Assembly (NCBI GenBank): GCA_013239625.1
Contig: MU057332.1
Coordinates: 11,166,645-11,230,644 of the forward strand
Reading direction: 5' to 3'
Source: Lama guanicoe
Taxonomy: Eukaryota
Length of the DNA stretch: 64,000 nt
Each line of letters begins with the position of its first letter. Position 1 is the first letter of the stretch. The notes under the pieces are model-generated. The model worked only from the letters and a program-made list of their open reading frames with translations, did not search any database and was not told where the DNA came from. This document shows, piece by piece, positions 1 to 12,227 of the stretch. A program made the translations under genes and the position numbers.

Positions 1-501
1 TTTAAAACTGTGAAAGAAATCCTAATTTATTTTTGACTCGTTAAAAAAAAAAGCATAATGCAGCATATAAAATGGAGAGAGGAACAATTTTCTTCAGGTC
101 AACTAAGTACAACCCATGAGAGAGAGGAACACCAACAATTTCAAATGAAGGCAAAAACAAAAAAAAATTAAGAAAAACAAACCACCTTGCTCACAAATTT
201 TGCTTTGCATTTACACACAGCATGGCTGCGACACACAGCCATGCTGTAAACAGAATCATCCCACCTCCTGGAAACACTCCTGGGGTCAGAGGGGGGACTG
301 CTGGCAGGGAGAAATCCAGGGGGACCAGCTGCTCTCTCTTAAGCCGCACTCCTAAAGCCTAAGCTGGACATCATGCCGTCAGCGAGATCGTGAGGTTATG
401 CCACTGACGCTGCTTTTCCATCCTCTCCAGCTTCACTGGAGAATGGCTCTCCAGAGCAAATAAGAAGAATCCATTCATAACTCCATCAGCCCGGGGCTTA
501 C

Positions 502-699
502 CTTGACAAGCTCCTGTGCGGACATTTGGGATGAAGCCGCGGCGACAGGGGTGGGGCTGGGCCGGGCACATCTCACAGGGGTGGCCCCAGGCGCGGCCGA
601 CAGTGGCACAGCACAGCGTCTTTGTGCAGACGATCCCGCTGAGCTGTCCCTGGCACATCTGGTTGCTGATCACAGTAAAACACGGACCTGTCCTGTAAT
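502..699 (-). CDS. FBN1: FBN1 internal coding exon (198 bp, phase 1-1) encoding hybrid domain 1; equivalent to human c.539-736
   Basis: Translates to (D)[65 protein letters not shown], recognised as fibrillin-1 hybrid 1. Acceptor is ctccttcttgattttcag| (AG at 701-700) and donor is AAG|gtaagc (GT at 501-500). The track ORF 371..673 overlaps it but runs on into the intron. Confidence 0.98.
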
Positions 700-884
700 C
701 TGAAAATCAAGAAGGAGAACTCCGTGAAAGTCCAGAACAGCGGGAACCATCACGCAGAGGAATGATGTACTGTGCCATCTTGCTGGACTCCAAATTGGGA
801 AATGGTCTCCAGGATGAGACCCACACATCTCTGACTCCGGGTGAAGCCACGGGCAGACCATTCCACCTCTGAACCCCACTGACC

Positions 885-1020
885 TCGCCTTCAAAATGAG
901 GATCAAAACACCAGTTTCTAAGCTCCTATCCACTTTGGAGACGCTGTTGTGAGGATCAGATGAGCTAACGGAAAATACTTTACAACTGTGACATGCCGTC
1001 CAAGTGCAACGTAATAATAC
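885..1020 (+). mobile_element. MIR SINE fragment (degenerate)
   Basis: aaaatgaggat...gttgtgaggatcagatgagctaa resembles the MIR core. Confidence 0.55.
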
Positions 1021-1028
1021 AATTTACA

Positions 1029-1165
1029 CATTCATTCACTTAAGAAAATATATCAGCGACTATTATGAATCAGCCTCTATGCCTCATATAGATGCTTCAG
1101 TGATTAAAAGAGATCAAACCCCTGCCCTCACACAGGTTACAGTCTATCACTACTTAGGTTGGAGA
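1029..1165 (-). mobile_element. L2 LINE 3' fragment
   Basis: cattcattcac...aaacccctgccctcacacaggttacagtcta resembles the reverse L2 3' end. Confidence 0.55.
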
Positions 1166-1283
1166 AAGCAAAGAATTTCAAAACTTACAATGAGGCAAGT
1201 CATGGAACCTTCTTCCCCGGAGTTTCTTGAAAAAAGGAAATGATTACCTGCTTCTTTTGGATTGGATCCATCTTATTTCAAAT

Positions 1284-1311
1284 ACACATACACACACACA
1301 CACACACACAC
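1284..1311. repeat. (CA)n microsatellite
   Basis: Read directly from the sequence. Confidence 0.95.
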
Positions 1312-2152
1312 CAAGCAAACAAAAAAGCCCATTCAAAACAAAACAAAAACAACAACAAAATGTTAGCTATGCAAAAGACATCAGGTATTTACTCTAAAGA
1401 GTAAGGGCCCTGATCTGAAATCATTGTAACCTTGGGCAAAAGGATCATCTTAAAGCAAACGTGGCTCAGCTAAGGCCACAGGAGAAGTTGCATTTCGAAG
1501 CAGTCTCACCAGATACAAAATCTGTCTCTTTTTTTCTTCTTTTAAAGAGACAAAGTCAATCTGGATTCAACAGCCAGCAGACATGAAAGATTAAGATGTA
1601 ATGAGCACAGAGAACCAAAGCCAGGCTGTCCCCAGCTCCCTGTGAGAGAACTCAGGGCCACGAAAACCCTTTCTGTTCTGCAGTGGCCTTGACAGATGGG
1701 GTGGGGGGGGCAGCTGGCCCTGGCAAGACTCCTGGGCTCCCACCCAATACCAGCCCTGCAAGCTTCCTCGTGTCATTTTTGGAAGTGCACAGGGTGCTTC
1801 CTATGAGCCAAGGGATGGACTAAAGGACCCCAGTAAGTTCCTTTCACCACTGAATTCCACAGGTCTGTGAAGATCACTGGGTGTGCCCATGAAGCCACTG
1901 GGTTATATTTTCATTTTTATGTTCTTTCTTTAAGTAGCTCATGGGACATGATACGCAATTTACTGAGGACAATTCTTTATTACAGTCCTAACAGGAGTGA
2001 ACAGGCTGAACTAAGACGACACTGGGGCAAGAGCTGAACCTCACCAGCTGGTGGCCCTCCACCCCGTGTGTGTGCCTCTCCGTTCTCTCTGTTGCAGTTG
2101 TGACTCCAACTGCTCCCCATCACTAAATGACCTTCCTTACTCTCCCTTCTAT

Positions 2153-2221
2153 TTATTTATTTTTTTTGCATTCTTTTTTATTGACGTATAGTCAGTTTTC
2201 AATGTAGCATCAATTTCTGGT
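2153..2221 (-). mobile_element. Very short (~70 bp) lineage-specific L1 3' end
   Basis: T-rich tail plus tttattgacgtatagtcagtt...caatttctggt, homologous to the L1 termini at 2634, 31019 and 59471. Flanked by tcccttct at 2143-2150 and 2222-2229. Confidence 0.8.
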
Positions 2222-2633
2222 TCCCTTCTGTCTTGCTGGAATGAGCCACCGTGGTCAATGGCACTGCCCTAAGGCCCATGCTGGAAGACGAGCCGTCTAA
2301 GGAATTCCTGACACAAAACTTCACCCAGTCAAGTGCAGCGAGAAGACTAGGCCCAAACTAGGGCAGCGCTTGAGAGATGGACAGGACACCCAAAACGTCA
2401 AGTCCCCATCGCCACCCTCCCTCTCTCGACGCCAGGGCTTACTAAAGAGTGTTACGTACATCACTGATGTGATGCAAGAGGATTTTAGACTGTCATGCTT
2501 TAATAGTCACATATTAATTTTAATTTGTATTATTAAAAAGTATAAACATACCAGACTCCTGATTTCACAAATATGTTTGCTATGAGAATGAATTTTAAAA
2601 AAACTCTGAATTCAATTTAAAGAAAAATATTAA

Positions 2634-2808
2634 TATATAAAATAGATTAAAAAAACAAATTTCTTCTGTATAGCACAGGGAACTATATTCAATATGTTGT
2701 AGTAATGTGCAATGAAAATGAATGTATGTATATAAATGTATGACTGAAACATTATACTGTACACCAGAAACTGACACACTTAACTGACTGTACTTCAATT
2801 AAAAAAAA
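2634..2808 (+). mobile_element. Lineage-specific (artiodactyl/camelid-type) L1 3' UTR end, 5'-truncated
   Basis: tatagcacagggaactatattcaa...gtacttcaatt followed by poly(A). TSD aaagaaaaatattaa (2619-2633) and aaagaaaaacattaa (2809-2823). Confidence 0.9.
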
Positions 2809-3399
2809 AAAGAAAAACATTAAATACTAAGTATGGGATATGCAAACAGGCCAGAAATTGTGTAGGTGGTACATAAACACTACCAGTGTGATCTCTTCAG
2901 AAAACTAACCTTGACTTTGCTCCCCTGAAATCTCTACCTGTGCCGGCCCTGCCCACCTTTGCAGCCCTATCTCCAACACTTCCTCAGTTTACGATTGTCT
3001 TTTTACTTTGTTTCTGCATCTTTTTTAACCCTGCTGATTAGTTTTTACTTTCATATAGTCAAATTCTAAGTATATTTCAATATCCTTCATAATATGCCAA
3101 GTCTATTCAAAATCTGCTGTTGTCTTCCACAGACACTGAATTCAAACAAGAATACAAAAATTAAATGCTTGAGCTGTTGAATAAAATCTCTGCCTTCATT
3201 TCATTCTGTGAGTAAAGAAAAAGTCAGTCAGCACCATGGCAGTGTGCACCAAAATCGCTCCTAAACACAGTAACTACATATGGACACAGTCTAGGGCCAA
3301 AGTCACTGCTCTTTCTTTGGCTCCATTCTTCCACAAAGCGCTTATAGGCATTTAATAAATACTTCTCTGATATATGGTGTTTCTTTGATATTTTCGTAT

Positions 3400-3800
3400 T
3401 TGATGTATTTCTCTGATTTGAAAACAAAAAATTAATTCAGACAATTAGGAAAAGGGCAGTAACGTATAAGAAAATGAGTATCACATGGAATTGCACCTAA
3501 AGAAAACTTTGATAACTATCAGTCTATTATCTCACATAATTTTACGTGTGTTTTATTTTTGATCACAAAATAGGAATCAGTAATACTAAATATACAATTT
3601 TGAATCCTGCTGTTTCTTCACTTAACATCGCCAAACGCATCTTCCCATGTAAATACTACTCCAAAATATGACTTTCATTAATGTATAATTTTCCATCAAG
3701 TTATAACATAATTTATTCAATAATTTCCTTACTGGGTATCATTTAAATTGCTTCCAACTCCTCATTATTACATTCAACATCCAGTGTACATTACTGATGA
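3400..3800 (-). mobile_element. Ancient L1 (L1ME-like) 3' fragment
   Basis: ttcacttaacat...ttcccatg...cataatttattcaataatttcct...atttaaattgcttcca motifs; boundaries approximate. Confidence 0.6.
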
Positions 3801-5774
3801 ATTCTTTAAGGATGAAAAATGTTTAACCCTATGCCGCAGCCATCAAGATTTTTATGACTATATATACCTCATAGTTGAGAGTAGAAAGATCACAGCAACA
3901 TAACCTTTTACTTAAAAAATAAATAAAACCGTCCATGTTAGCTAACGAGGAAAGAAATTTAGGCTTATTTCCTATTTTCCTCTTAACTTACTGAGACGAA
4001 CGCAAATACTTTCATCAAACAGATTCATGTCGTCAGGCCATTTTGCTATCTTTAGAAGACATAATGGAACGAGAGTTTTAATTCTGCGTTCTCTCTTCAG
4101 CACTGCTTGGGTCTGTCTTCCCTCTTGGAAAGGTACTCTATGGAATTACACATGAGGACTGCAAAGATTCAGGGTAGCTACAAATACGGTGTTTCGTGAG
4201 TGACACCAGCAAAATCAAGGCACACGAGCAAATGCTAGGAAAATCTGAGTCAGTCCTATCTAAGACTGGCTCATGACTTCAGGCATGAATTCCTTACTGG
4301 AAGGTTTTCATCAAAAGAAAAATAACCCTTACGACTTCTCCAGGGTCAATAACTCTTTGCCCTCATTTCAATATGAAACACATGGAAGAGAAACAGCACT
4401 TGCTAATTCTGACAATACTCATTAGGCATCTCTCGAGCCCATAGGGATCCATCTTTATTAAATATACTAAAAATCTGGCAGACAGTTTGAGTATGTATAA
4501 CCGGGTCCATGGACTTAACACATTTCCACGCTAGATCCTTATCATTACGGACAAAGAAAAGAGCCGGCTCATTTGATGGTGAGGCTTGGTCAGTGGACGT
4601 AAGTGTGTTTGTAGAGCCGTATTTTCAACAAAAATGGCTGATTGCAGAGGGAGAGGCATAATCTGGATGAAACAGAATTGGATCTAAAAATCATTCTTTT
4701 GGAAGGTAAATGCTGTATTAACGTGGTTTTCAAATGTCATTCTGATTTGGCAGCATGTGCTTTTTGTCCTGTGCTTCATTTAGATTGCCAAAGTTATGCT
4801 GATTTTAGTCCAATACTCCAACCACAGAAAAAATCTGCCCATGCTCCCAATTCCTTACTAATAATCCAATTATTTACAATTATTCCCATAGCACTTACGT
4901 GATACTAGGCTAAATTTACATACTTTTTTTTTTTCAGAGAGTCCCAACTCTAGACAGAGAATGTGCCTAATTCAATACTTGGATAATGTCTGACTCATTC
5001 TCTCGACGTAAATCATTATTCCTAATGCAAATAAAATATAGCATTAAAAATACTTTCTGTTCGCAAATTGCTGGACAGTCACTTCCTTATAAGACCTCCA
5101 TGAACTAGGGCAATAGGCCAAGACTTTCTAAAATTAAAATGCAATTTTAATTGTTTTTAACTGGCTTACTCTAGTGTGGCGAGTTCATGGGAAATTCTGC
5201 ATCCACATGTTCCCATTATGAGTGGTTAGGCTCAGGGATTGCTCCTCAGTCCCAACAGATTTGGCCCCAAGGCTTGGGATCTGACCAACGTACGTCTGCC
5301 TCCTCTGACCCTCAGCTCCTCCTCAGCTCTGCAGCTCAGAACGCTGGGACCTACGGTGTTATTTGACTTTCGTTTGTAATCAGACTTCACCCTGAAGCAA
5401 ATGTATCATTCACAGAAAAAGAATACTCTGTGGTACAATGAAGTCCTGTCACTCCCGCCCAGTCACTAAACCACACACTGCAGGGAACGCACAAGGATAT
5501 AATTTGGGGCACTAGGCTCCAATTATTTTAAATCCATCTTTTCATAAAAATTTCAAACAAAAGAATGAGGTATCAATTTATCCATGAGAGAGGGGGTCAC
5601 CGCATGCTTCTTCCTTCCAGGTTGTTTGGCCTGGGACACAGTCAGCTACTAACGTGTGGAATTTCAATACAATCTTCTGAGGAAGGAGTTCAGAGAACTT
5701 CCAGTCTGAGGAAAATTAAAGAAGTTCCATGATGATAGTAAGTCTCATAATTGCTGTTATTTCTTCTTACTCCA

Positions 5775-5975
5775 ATCTTTCTTAACTTCAGGACATAACC
5801 AAATCTCCTGGGGATGTTCGGCAAAACACCAACGCCTGGGCTTCACCTCTGTCCTCCCACTGCCCACCCCCGCCCCATGCCATGGAATGTGATTTCGTAG
5901 ATGTAGCATGGAGACTGGGCATCCATGTTTTGTAAAAGACCCTCAAAAGTGACTTTGCAAAGTGTTTGCAAGATA
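5775..5975. mobile_element. MER5-like hAT-Charlie DNA transposon fossil
   Basis: ttcttaactt...aatctcctggggatgtt...ctgggcttcacc...ctgggcatccatgtttt pattern. Confidence 0.55.
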
Positions 5976-6539
5976 GCTGACTGTCTGCCTGAAGGTCTAA
6001 CCTCGGAAATGTGAGACAACCCATAAACCGAGATCTCTGCCACTCAACGTAACTCAGTATCTCTCAACCAAAACTGACATTCTAACCACAACAAAGTAGT
6101 ATTCCTTTCCACTGTACTGACTATGAGGCACTTTAACTTTATTATATTCCTTGTTAATTATATTAACCACAAGCTCACCAAATCAAACAACAAATCAAAG
6201 TTTAAGAAGGCTAATTACCGACTACTCCACTTTCCCAATGGTCAACGGAATTCTCATTTCTAAGCTCCCCCTTCACAGTGCTACAAAGCACATTTATACA
6301 CATGACATCACTCCACTACCATTAACTCCCACTTCCAGCTTCCCTGTCCAGTGTGGGAGCTGGTACCTAAGTGAAATTCCAGCGGGATTCTCCAATCAGG
6401 ATCCAAACGCATTGATCAAACAAGATCAGTAACACCAAAAGTTAACTCAGTTTCCTCCAGAATTGCACTATCACACGCCACTCTGAAATCCTTCCATGCA
6501 GCTGCTGATATGATGACATATAAAGTACTAAACATCGTC

Positions 6540-7295
6540 TAAGAAGTTTATGCCAAAAACAGTCAAACCTTAAATCAAGCTTCCAGACCTAACCTCCCTC
6601 CAGTCAAGAGGGCATATAGGGACAGATGAGCAAGATAAATATCACTATGAGGGAGTGACCAGAAAATTCAGAATTTGTCATTTTCAAAGGCAACTGGCCT
6701 GAACTTTTCCAAAAGTAAATGGCCGCCCACATACAAAAAAAAGAAGGTAAAGTTATTATTTCAGATTAAAAAGGCATAATAGTCAAATTTTAATTGGACA
6801 CTGTTTCAAAAAGAGATGACTGGAAAGTTTTTATATGGGCTGGATATTAAATGATACTGTGGAACTGTTGTTTCCTTATGCGTGATCACGGTATTGTAGT
6901 TACACACAAGAATGTCCTTATTGTTTAGAGGTGAAATGTCACGACATATGTAATTTAATTTTCAAATGATTTAGAAAAACAGACTACATATATGTATATA
7001 TACACACACAAATATATACATAATATATAATTATTATATATATGATATATGTATTTAAATACAATATATACAAATTGAATATACATAAAATTATATATAA
7101 CAGCTAAACATACTATATATTATGTATACATATATTATACACAAATATATATTGATACATATACATAGAGAGTATATGTGTATAAAAGTGGAAAAATGGA
7201 AATGAATATTTAATGTAGGTAGAAAGTACGTAGGTATACTTTATATTATTTCAACTTTAAGAAAGGTTTGAAATTTTTCATAACAAAAATTCTTG
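6540..7295 (+). mobile_element. Ancient L1ME-like 3' UTR with an internal TA-rich expansion
   Basis: ggcaactggcctgaacttttc...ctggatattaaatgata...ggtattgtagtt...gaatgtccttatt...tttgaaatttttcataacaaaa. Confidence 0.65.
6987..7183. repeat. Degenerate (TA)n/(TACA)n low-complexity tract
   Basis: Read directly from the sequence. Confidence 0.9.
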
Positions 7296-8661
7296 GAGAG
7301 GGGGTGAGGGAATTCCTTTCAGGGTGACTTTTGCAATGCAATAGTGCCTCCTCCATTACATTCAAGCTGTGTTTTCCTTTTAATGACACAATAAATTTTG
7401 AATCTAACTTTCCAATCCATACATTTCCAGAAAATACTTCATGCAAGACTGCCTACTGAATATGGTCTCCACAATGATGTTTAAAGAATATGACCCTTTG
7501 GCAAATTTTACTAAATCATGCAAAATGTTTACTTTACGCAACTGTATCTGAGATATAGCTTAACTGTCACTAATTTTTTTCAAAAAGCATTTTAGAAGTA
7601 AAGCATAGGAATGAGCACAAAACTATTTCTATATTAACATTTTCTCTGATTTTCAACTTCTTTAATTCATAATTTTAAAGTATTGCCATATAAGCTTTAA
7701 TGTAAATATCATTCAAAACTGCAGAAACAAGGTGATGTGTTGTACACCATTTAATATAATCTAACACACAGACTAAGCAATTCACTGAAATCCAGGCCAC
7801 AGTTCTGTGGACCCAATTCTGTGTGTCAGCAATTCAACTACAGAAAATTATTACCACATTTTATTCTGCTCTATGATGAAGAAAACAGTAAGCAATCTTG
7901 TTCAGGGAAGAGAATATCTCATTTCCAAATAATCACTTACCTGACATGATCTGTTCCCTCACTGTATGTCCTAAAAATCATTACTGATTTCCATTTTCCC
8001 CCAAAGTTATCTCTAAACTACTTTTACTAGAAAAAAACCCCCAAAACAGTCAGGGAGGGGGTGGATGAAAGTAAAATTCTGGTTTGGGTGATGTATCTAC
8101 CATCAAGATAGTAAATTCACACAGTGTCTTCATTTTTAATGGTTTGCAAATTCGACTTGAAAGAACCAGCTGGCTCTGATTCATTCACTTTTGAAATGGC
8201 TTGTATGAGTGCCACGTTAAACCAAACTGCAGTTTCACCACAGAGCATCAGCTATTGAACAGCAAGACAAAAACAATAGTATTATATAACAATTTGATTT
8301 ATTTGTTCTTTTCTGTTTTCTTCAAAGCCATGAAGTATAAAACATTGTCTACCATCCAAGAGCAAGATTAACGACATTAGGGTAAAGGGCCCTGTGACCA
8401 ATGATATTCAATAGAAAAATTTCCAGGACCAACACATTCTTAGACCCACTCCTATACTTCAAAAGTGCCCTGCAATACTACTTAATTTCCAAATATAAGT
8501 TCTACAAAAAGTGAATTAAGTTTCTGAAGGATCCTACTAGGATGTTCTGTTGTTAAAATTGGAAAATTATTATTATAAATGACATTTTCAAATTTGGAGG
8601 GTTAAAGGCCTGTGTTGGTAAAGGGGCAAGAAAAATGAATTGATTAGAAATATTCCACTGC

Positions 8662-8930
8662 AGTTTCCATTTATATGAAGTACCTAAAATAGTCAAATTC
8701 CTAGAGATAGAGAGTAGAAGGGGGGTTGCCAGGGGCTGAAGGAGGGAGAAACAGGGAGTTAGTGTTTAATGGGTGCAGAGTTTCATTTTGAGGAGATGAA
8801 AAAGTTTTGGAGATGGGTGGTGGTGATGGTTGCACACTATGTCAATGGACTTAATGCCGCTGAACCATACACCTTAAAAATGGCTAAGTAGTAAATTTTA
8901 TGTATGTGTTATTTCACCAAAACAAAAAAT
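8662..8930 (+). mobile_element. L1MB-like 3' end
   Basis: ttccatttatatgaagtacctaaaatagtcaaattc...tttaatgggtgcagagtttca...ggtgatggttgcaca...taaattttatg. Degenerate TSD aatattccactgc and aaaatcccgctgc. Confidence 0.85.
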
Positions 8931-9027
8931 AAAATCCCGCTGCCTAAAATACAATTAGACGTCCTGACTTCAATGATCAGGTTCAATGAGTAAATCTTAC
9001 AACTATAAAACACAATCAGAGTTTCTT

Positions 9028-9820
9028 TACTCATTCAACAAATATTTAATGTGCTGTATCAGAGGGCAGCATGGGATAAAGTCCCTGACCCCATGGCGTT
9101 TACAGCCTGGTTGGGGAAGATAGTCAATAAGTAGGGAAATACATTAAGAATGATTTTAGGTTTGAGGTTGTGATTTAGTCTACAAGTGAAATAAACATGC
9201 TGCTGTGATAAAAGCCAGTTGGGGATCCCTGCCTCAGTCAGAGTGATCAGGGAAGACTTCTTAGAGGAGGTGACATTTAAACGGAGGCCTAAAGGATGAG
9301 AGCAGACCAGCTGTGGAAAGTAAGAGTAAGTGCTTTCCAGGTTTAAGAGACAGTGGGGAGATAACCTGGCCTCTCTAGTAACAAGGGAAGGTCACTGTGG
9401 CCAAGGCTTAGAGAGGAAGGGGGAAGGGGCACACAATGGGCCAGGAACACTAGGCAGGGACTGGAATTACACAGCACATTCTCGGCCACGGTAAGTAGTT
9501 TGGATTTGGCTCTAAATTCAACAAGAAGCCACTGAAAACACAATGTGTTATTTTTAAAGAGTGCTGCTTAGAAGGTTCAAGAGTGGAAATGAGGTGAAAC
9601 GTGGTGGTGACTAGACAAAGGTGGTGGTGCAGAAATGGAGAGAAGCCGGCTGGTGGGTGACGTCCCAGGGTCGGGGGCCGGCAGGACCAACAGCACTTAC
9701 AGATGGATTGGATGTGAAGGGTGAGGGAAAATGGAAAGACGAGGATGTCTGTCTCCTGGGTTTCCGGCTTCATAGCTGGATATGAGGCCAGTCACTTACT
9801 GACCTGGAGGACCTAAGGGA
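9028..9820 (-). mobile_element. L2 (L2a-like) fragment
   Basis: cattcaacaaatattt...tcagggaagacttcttagaggaggtgacattt...agatggattggatgtg. Confidence 0.8.
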
Positions 9821-10554
9821 GGACTAGGCTCTGACTACCAGTAACTGGTATAAACATTCTTCACGTTTTCACAGTCAAGTTCTTAGGGAAGGACAGGTGC
9901 TTTGAATCCATGAGGCTGGCCTCACATAAAGCTGTTTTCTGTCAATCTTGATGCTACCAAAACAAAACAAAACCTGAGTATAATGAAATTGTATCTCGGT
10001 CTGTGTATTTTAGCTTTTTCACTCAATTTCTCATCTTTTCCTTCTTCTTTGGGAGCAAGCATTTAGTCACATCACATTCAGATATTTATATAAAAGCCTT
10101 ATGGTTCAAATTCTTCAAACACGTTTGGCCAATTCTCACAGAAACCTGAGTGTTAAGCACGCGTGGCCCAGACCAACAATGTGTGACGGAATCCCGGAGT
10201 GGGGGGTGGGATTGCCTACGGGGAACTTCAGTGCTGCTCCTCTGAAATGGCAGGGTGAGGGGATCCAAGACCACTAGCCTTCTAGCTGCCAGCCCTGAGT
10301 TTGTTCCACAGGAAGCAGATACATACCACATTCCAGGGATATTATCAGTTCTCAGAGATCTGGTGAAAAACTTAAGGACAAAAGTTCAGCCATTTAAGCA
10401 CAACTGAGAAGTGCCTCATATAATATGGGCTTTCTATAATACCAAGACAGATAAATGGCAACGAGATAGTTTGGTTAAACTGGTTGGGAAGTGCTTCTAG
10501 AGTTGGCTCTTTCCCAAATATTCATTTGCTTATAGGCATGTGATGTATAGGTTG

Positions 10555-10633
10555 CTTCTCTCTCTCTCTCTCTCTCCCTCTCCCTCCTTTTCACACGCAC
10601 GTGCACGCGCGCGCACACACACACACACACACA
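10555..10633. repeat. Compound (CT)n tract followed by a (CA/CG)n microsatellite
   Basis: Read directly from the sequence. Confidence 0.95.
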
Positions 10634-12067
10634 AACACCACTGAACTCTGCTAATATACTACCAAGTAGTTCTCAAGGTGACCCTCCTATTCTCAGAATT
10701 TTTCTTTGGAAGAAAATGTCTGATGAATGAAAAATTCCTGAGACTGCTTCCAGCTCGGGGTCTGGCGCTGAACTCAACTGAAGACAGACAAGTTGGAAGA
10801 AAGCTCAAGCATTACTCAGAACACGTGAGTGAACTGTGCAGAAGGCAGACACCGCAGCCGAGGGGACGGGCGAGGCGGCGGTACCAAAACCCAATCAGCA
10901 GGCTTAATTAATCAACAAAAGAAGATTTCTGGCAAAAAGGCTGTGCACGCTCACAAATCAAAACGCGGCAGAGACCAAAGGCGAAAAGCATCAGAACCTC
11001 AGAACTGCATTTTTGCTGTTATTTTACAGTCATCCATTTTTAAGGTCTACCAGATGGAATGAGGATGTGTCACGGGCTGGACAGTCACGGTGGCCTCTTG
11101 GCAGCTTCACTGGTAACAGACAAGTGCTGATGTTCTGGGACACTGATGCGTTTGTACATGAAAACTGTCTCACAGCACAGAACTGTCTTACAGCAATTAC
11201 ATGCGTACGCATTGTGCTCTTTGGAAGTAATAACTATTGTCCCAGACACCCCAGGTTAAGATCTGAAGAGCTAAATATTAACACTACACTATACAGACCA
11301 ATATAATACTATGTAGTATTAATGCTATACTAGATAAGCCAACTGACTTTTAGCTAAGTTTTGCTGAGTGCAGAGAACGCTGGACAACGCAGAAATTTCC
11401 ATTCCATAGAACTGAAAAAAAAATCTAAAGTTGTGCCTGAGACCATGAGGTCTACAACTATTAAATCGCGTCCTGTCTGAGCACTCAAAGGGCACTATGT
11501 TACTCCGCTCCCTCTTACCACTTACTAAAGATTTACATCAGCTTGGCCAGACACTGGGGTTTCATCTGAGGCAGCTAGTTAGATACGTGTGGAAAGTGCA
11601 TATGGTTAGAAAATAATAAGAGACAGCATTAAAAGCGGTTTAACATGCCCCGAGAGGCAAGCCCAACACCACAATTTTCTCCAACTGTGGAAGGAAAAAC
11701 AACTCGAGCCAGATTTTGGCTCTCTGGATGTATGAACAGGTCTATATTGTATTCCCTTGGATATTTACGAAGCATGTTAACAATAATTAAAATTGAATTT
11801 CCAAACCTTTAAGAGTAAAAGTTAGGAATATAATATCTACGACCTTGGAGAGTGTTATAATTCAATCTACATCATATTCGCCATCCTGGGATTTAACTAC
11901 TGATGTTCAAAATTCACAACTCCTGCGTGGAGCAAATATTTCTAGGCTCTAGACTTGTGCAAGTTCCTTCTACTCCAGTGCATGTTCTATTTTCTGCAGG
12001 AGTCTCACAGCTAAAAGGTAGTGCTGCTGGCCTATTAGCATCCAAGTTTCTCTAGCTTATGGTTCTT

Positions 12068-12082
12068 TTTTGGGGGGGAAGA

Positions 12083-12125
<43 letters not shown>

Positions 12126-12227
12126 GTTATTATTATTATTATTATTTAGAGGACGTACTGGGAATTGAACCCAGGACCTTGTGCATGCTAAGCATGCACT
12201 CTACCACTTGAGCTATATCCTACCCCG
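12068..12227 (-). mobile_element. tRNA-derived SINE (camelid vic-1-like, long form) with internal (TAA)n/(TTA)n expansion
   Basis: Reverse strand reads ggggtaggatatagctcaagtggtagagtgcatgcttagcatgcacaaggtcctgggttcaattccc, with A and B boxes. TSD tagcttatggttctt (12053-12067) and tagcctgcggttctt (12228-12242). Confidence 0.9.

Noticed and set aside
371-673. 100-aa ORF as a stand-alone gene
   Set aside because: It is the FBN1 exon frame read through the donor site at 501. The start codon is an internal GTG (Val) and the tail is intron.
7930-7950. Consensus donor CAG|GTAAGT on the FBN1 strand as a recursive splice site or cryptic exon end (similar sites near 21305 and 47300)
   Set aside because: There is no adequate polypyrimidine tract before the AG and I could not identify a matching exon. 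A few such 9-mers are expected in 60 kb, so RNA-seq would be needed.
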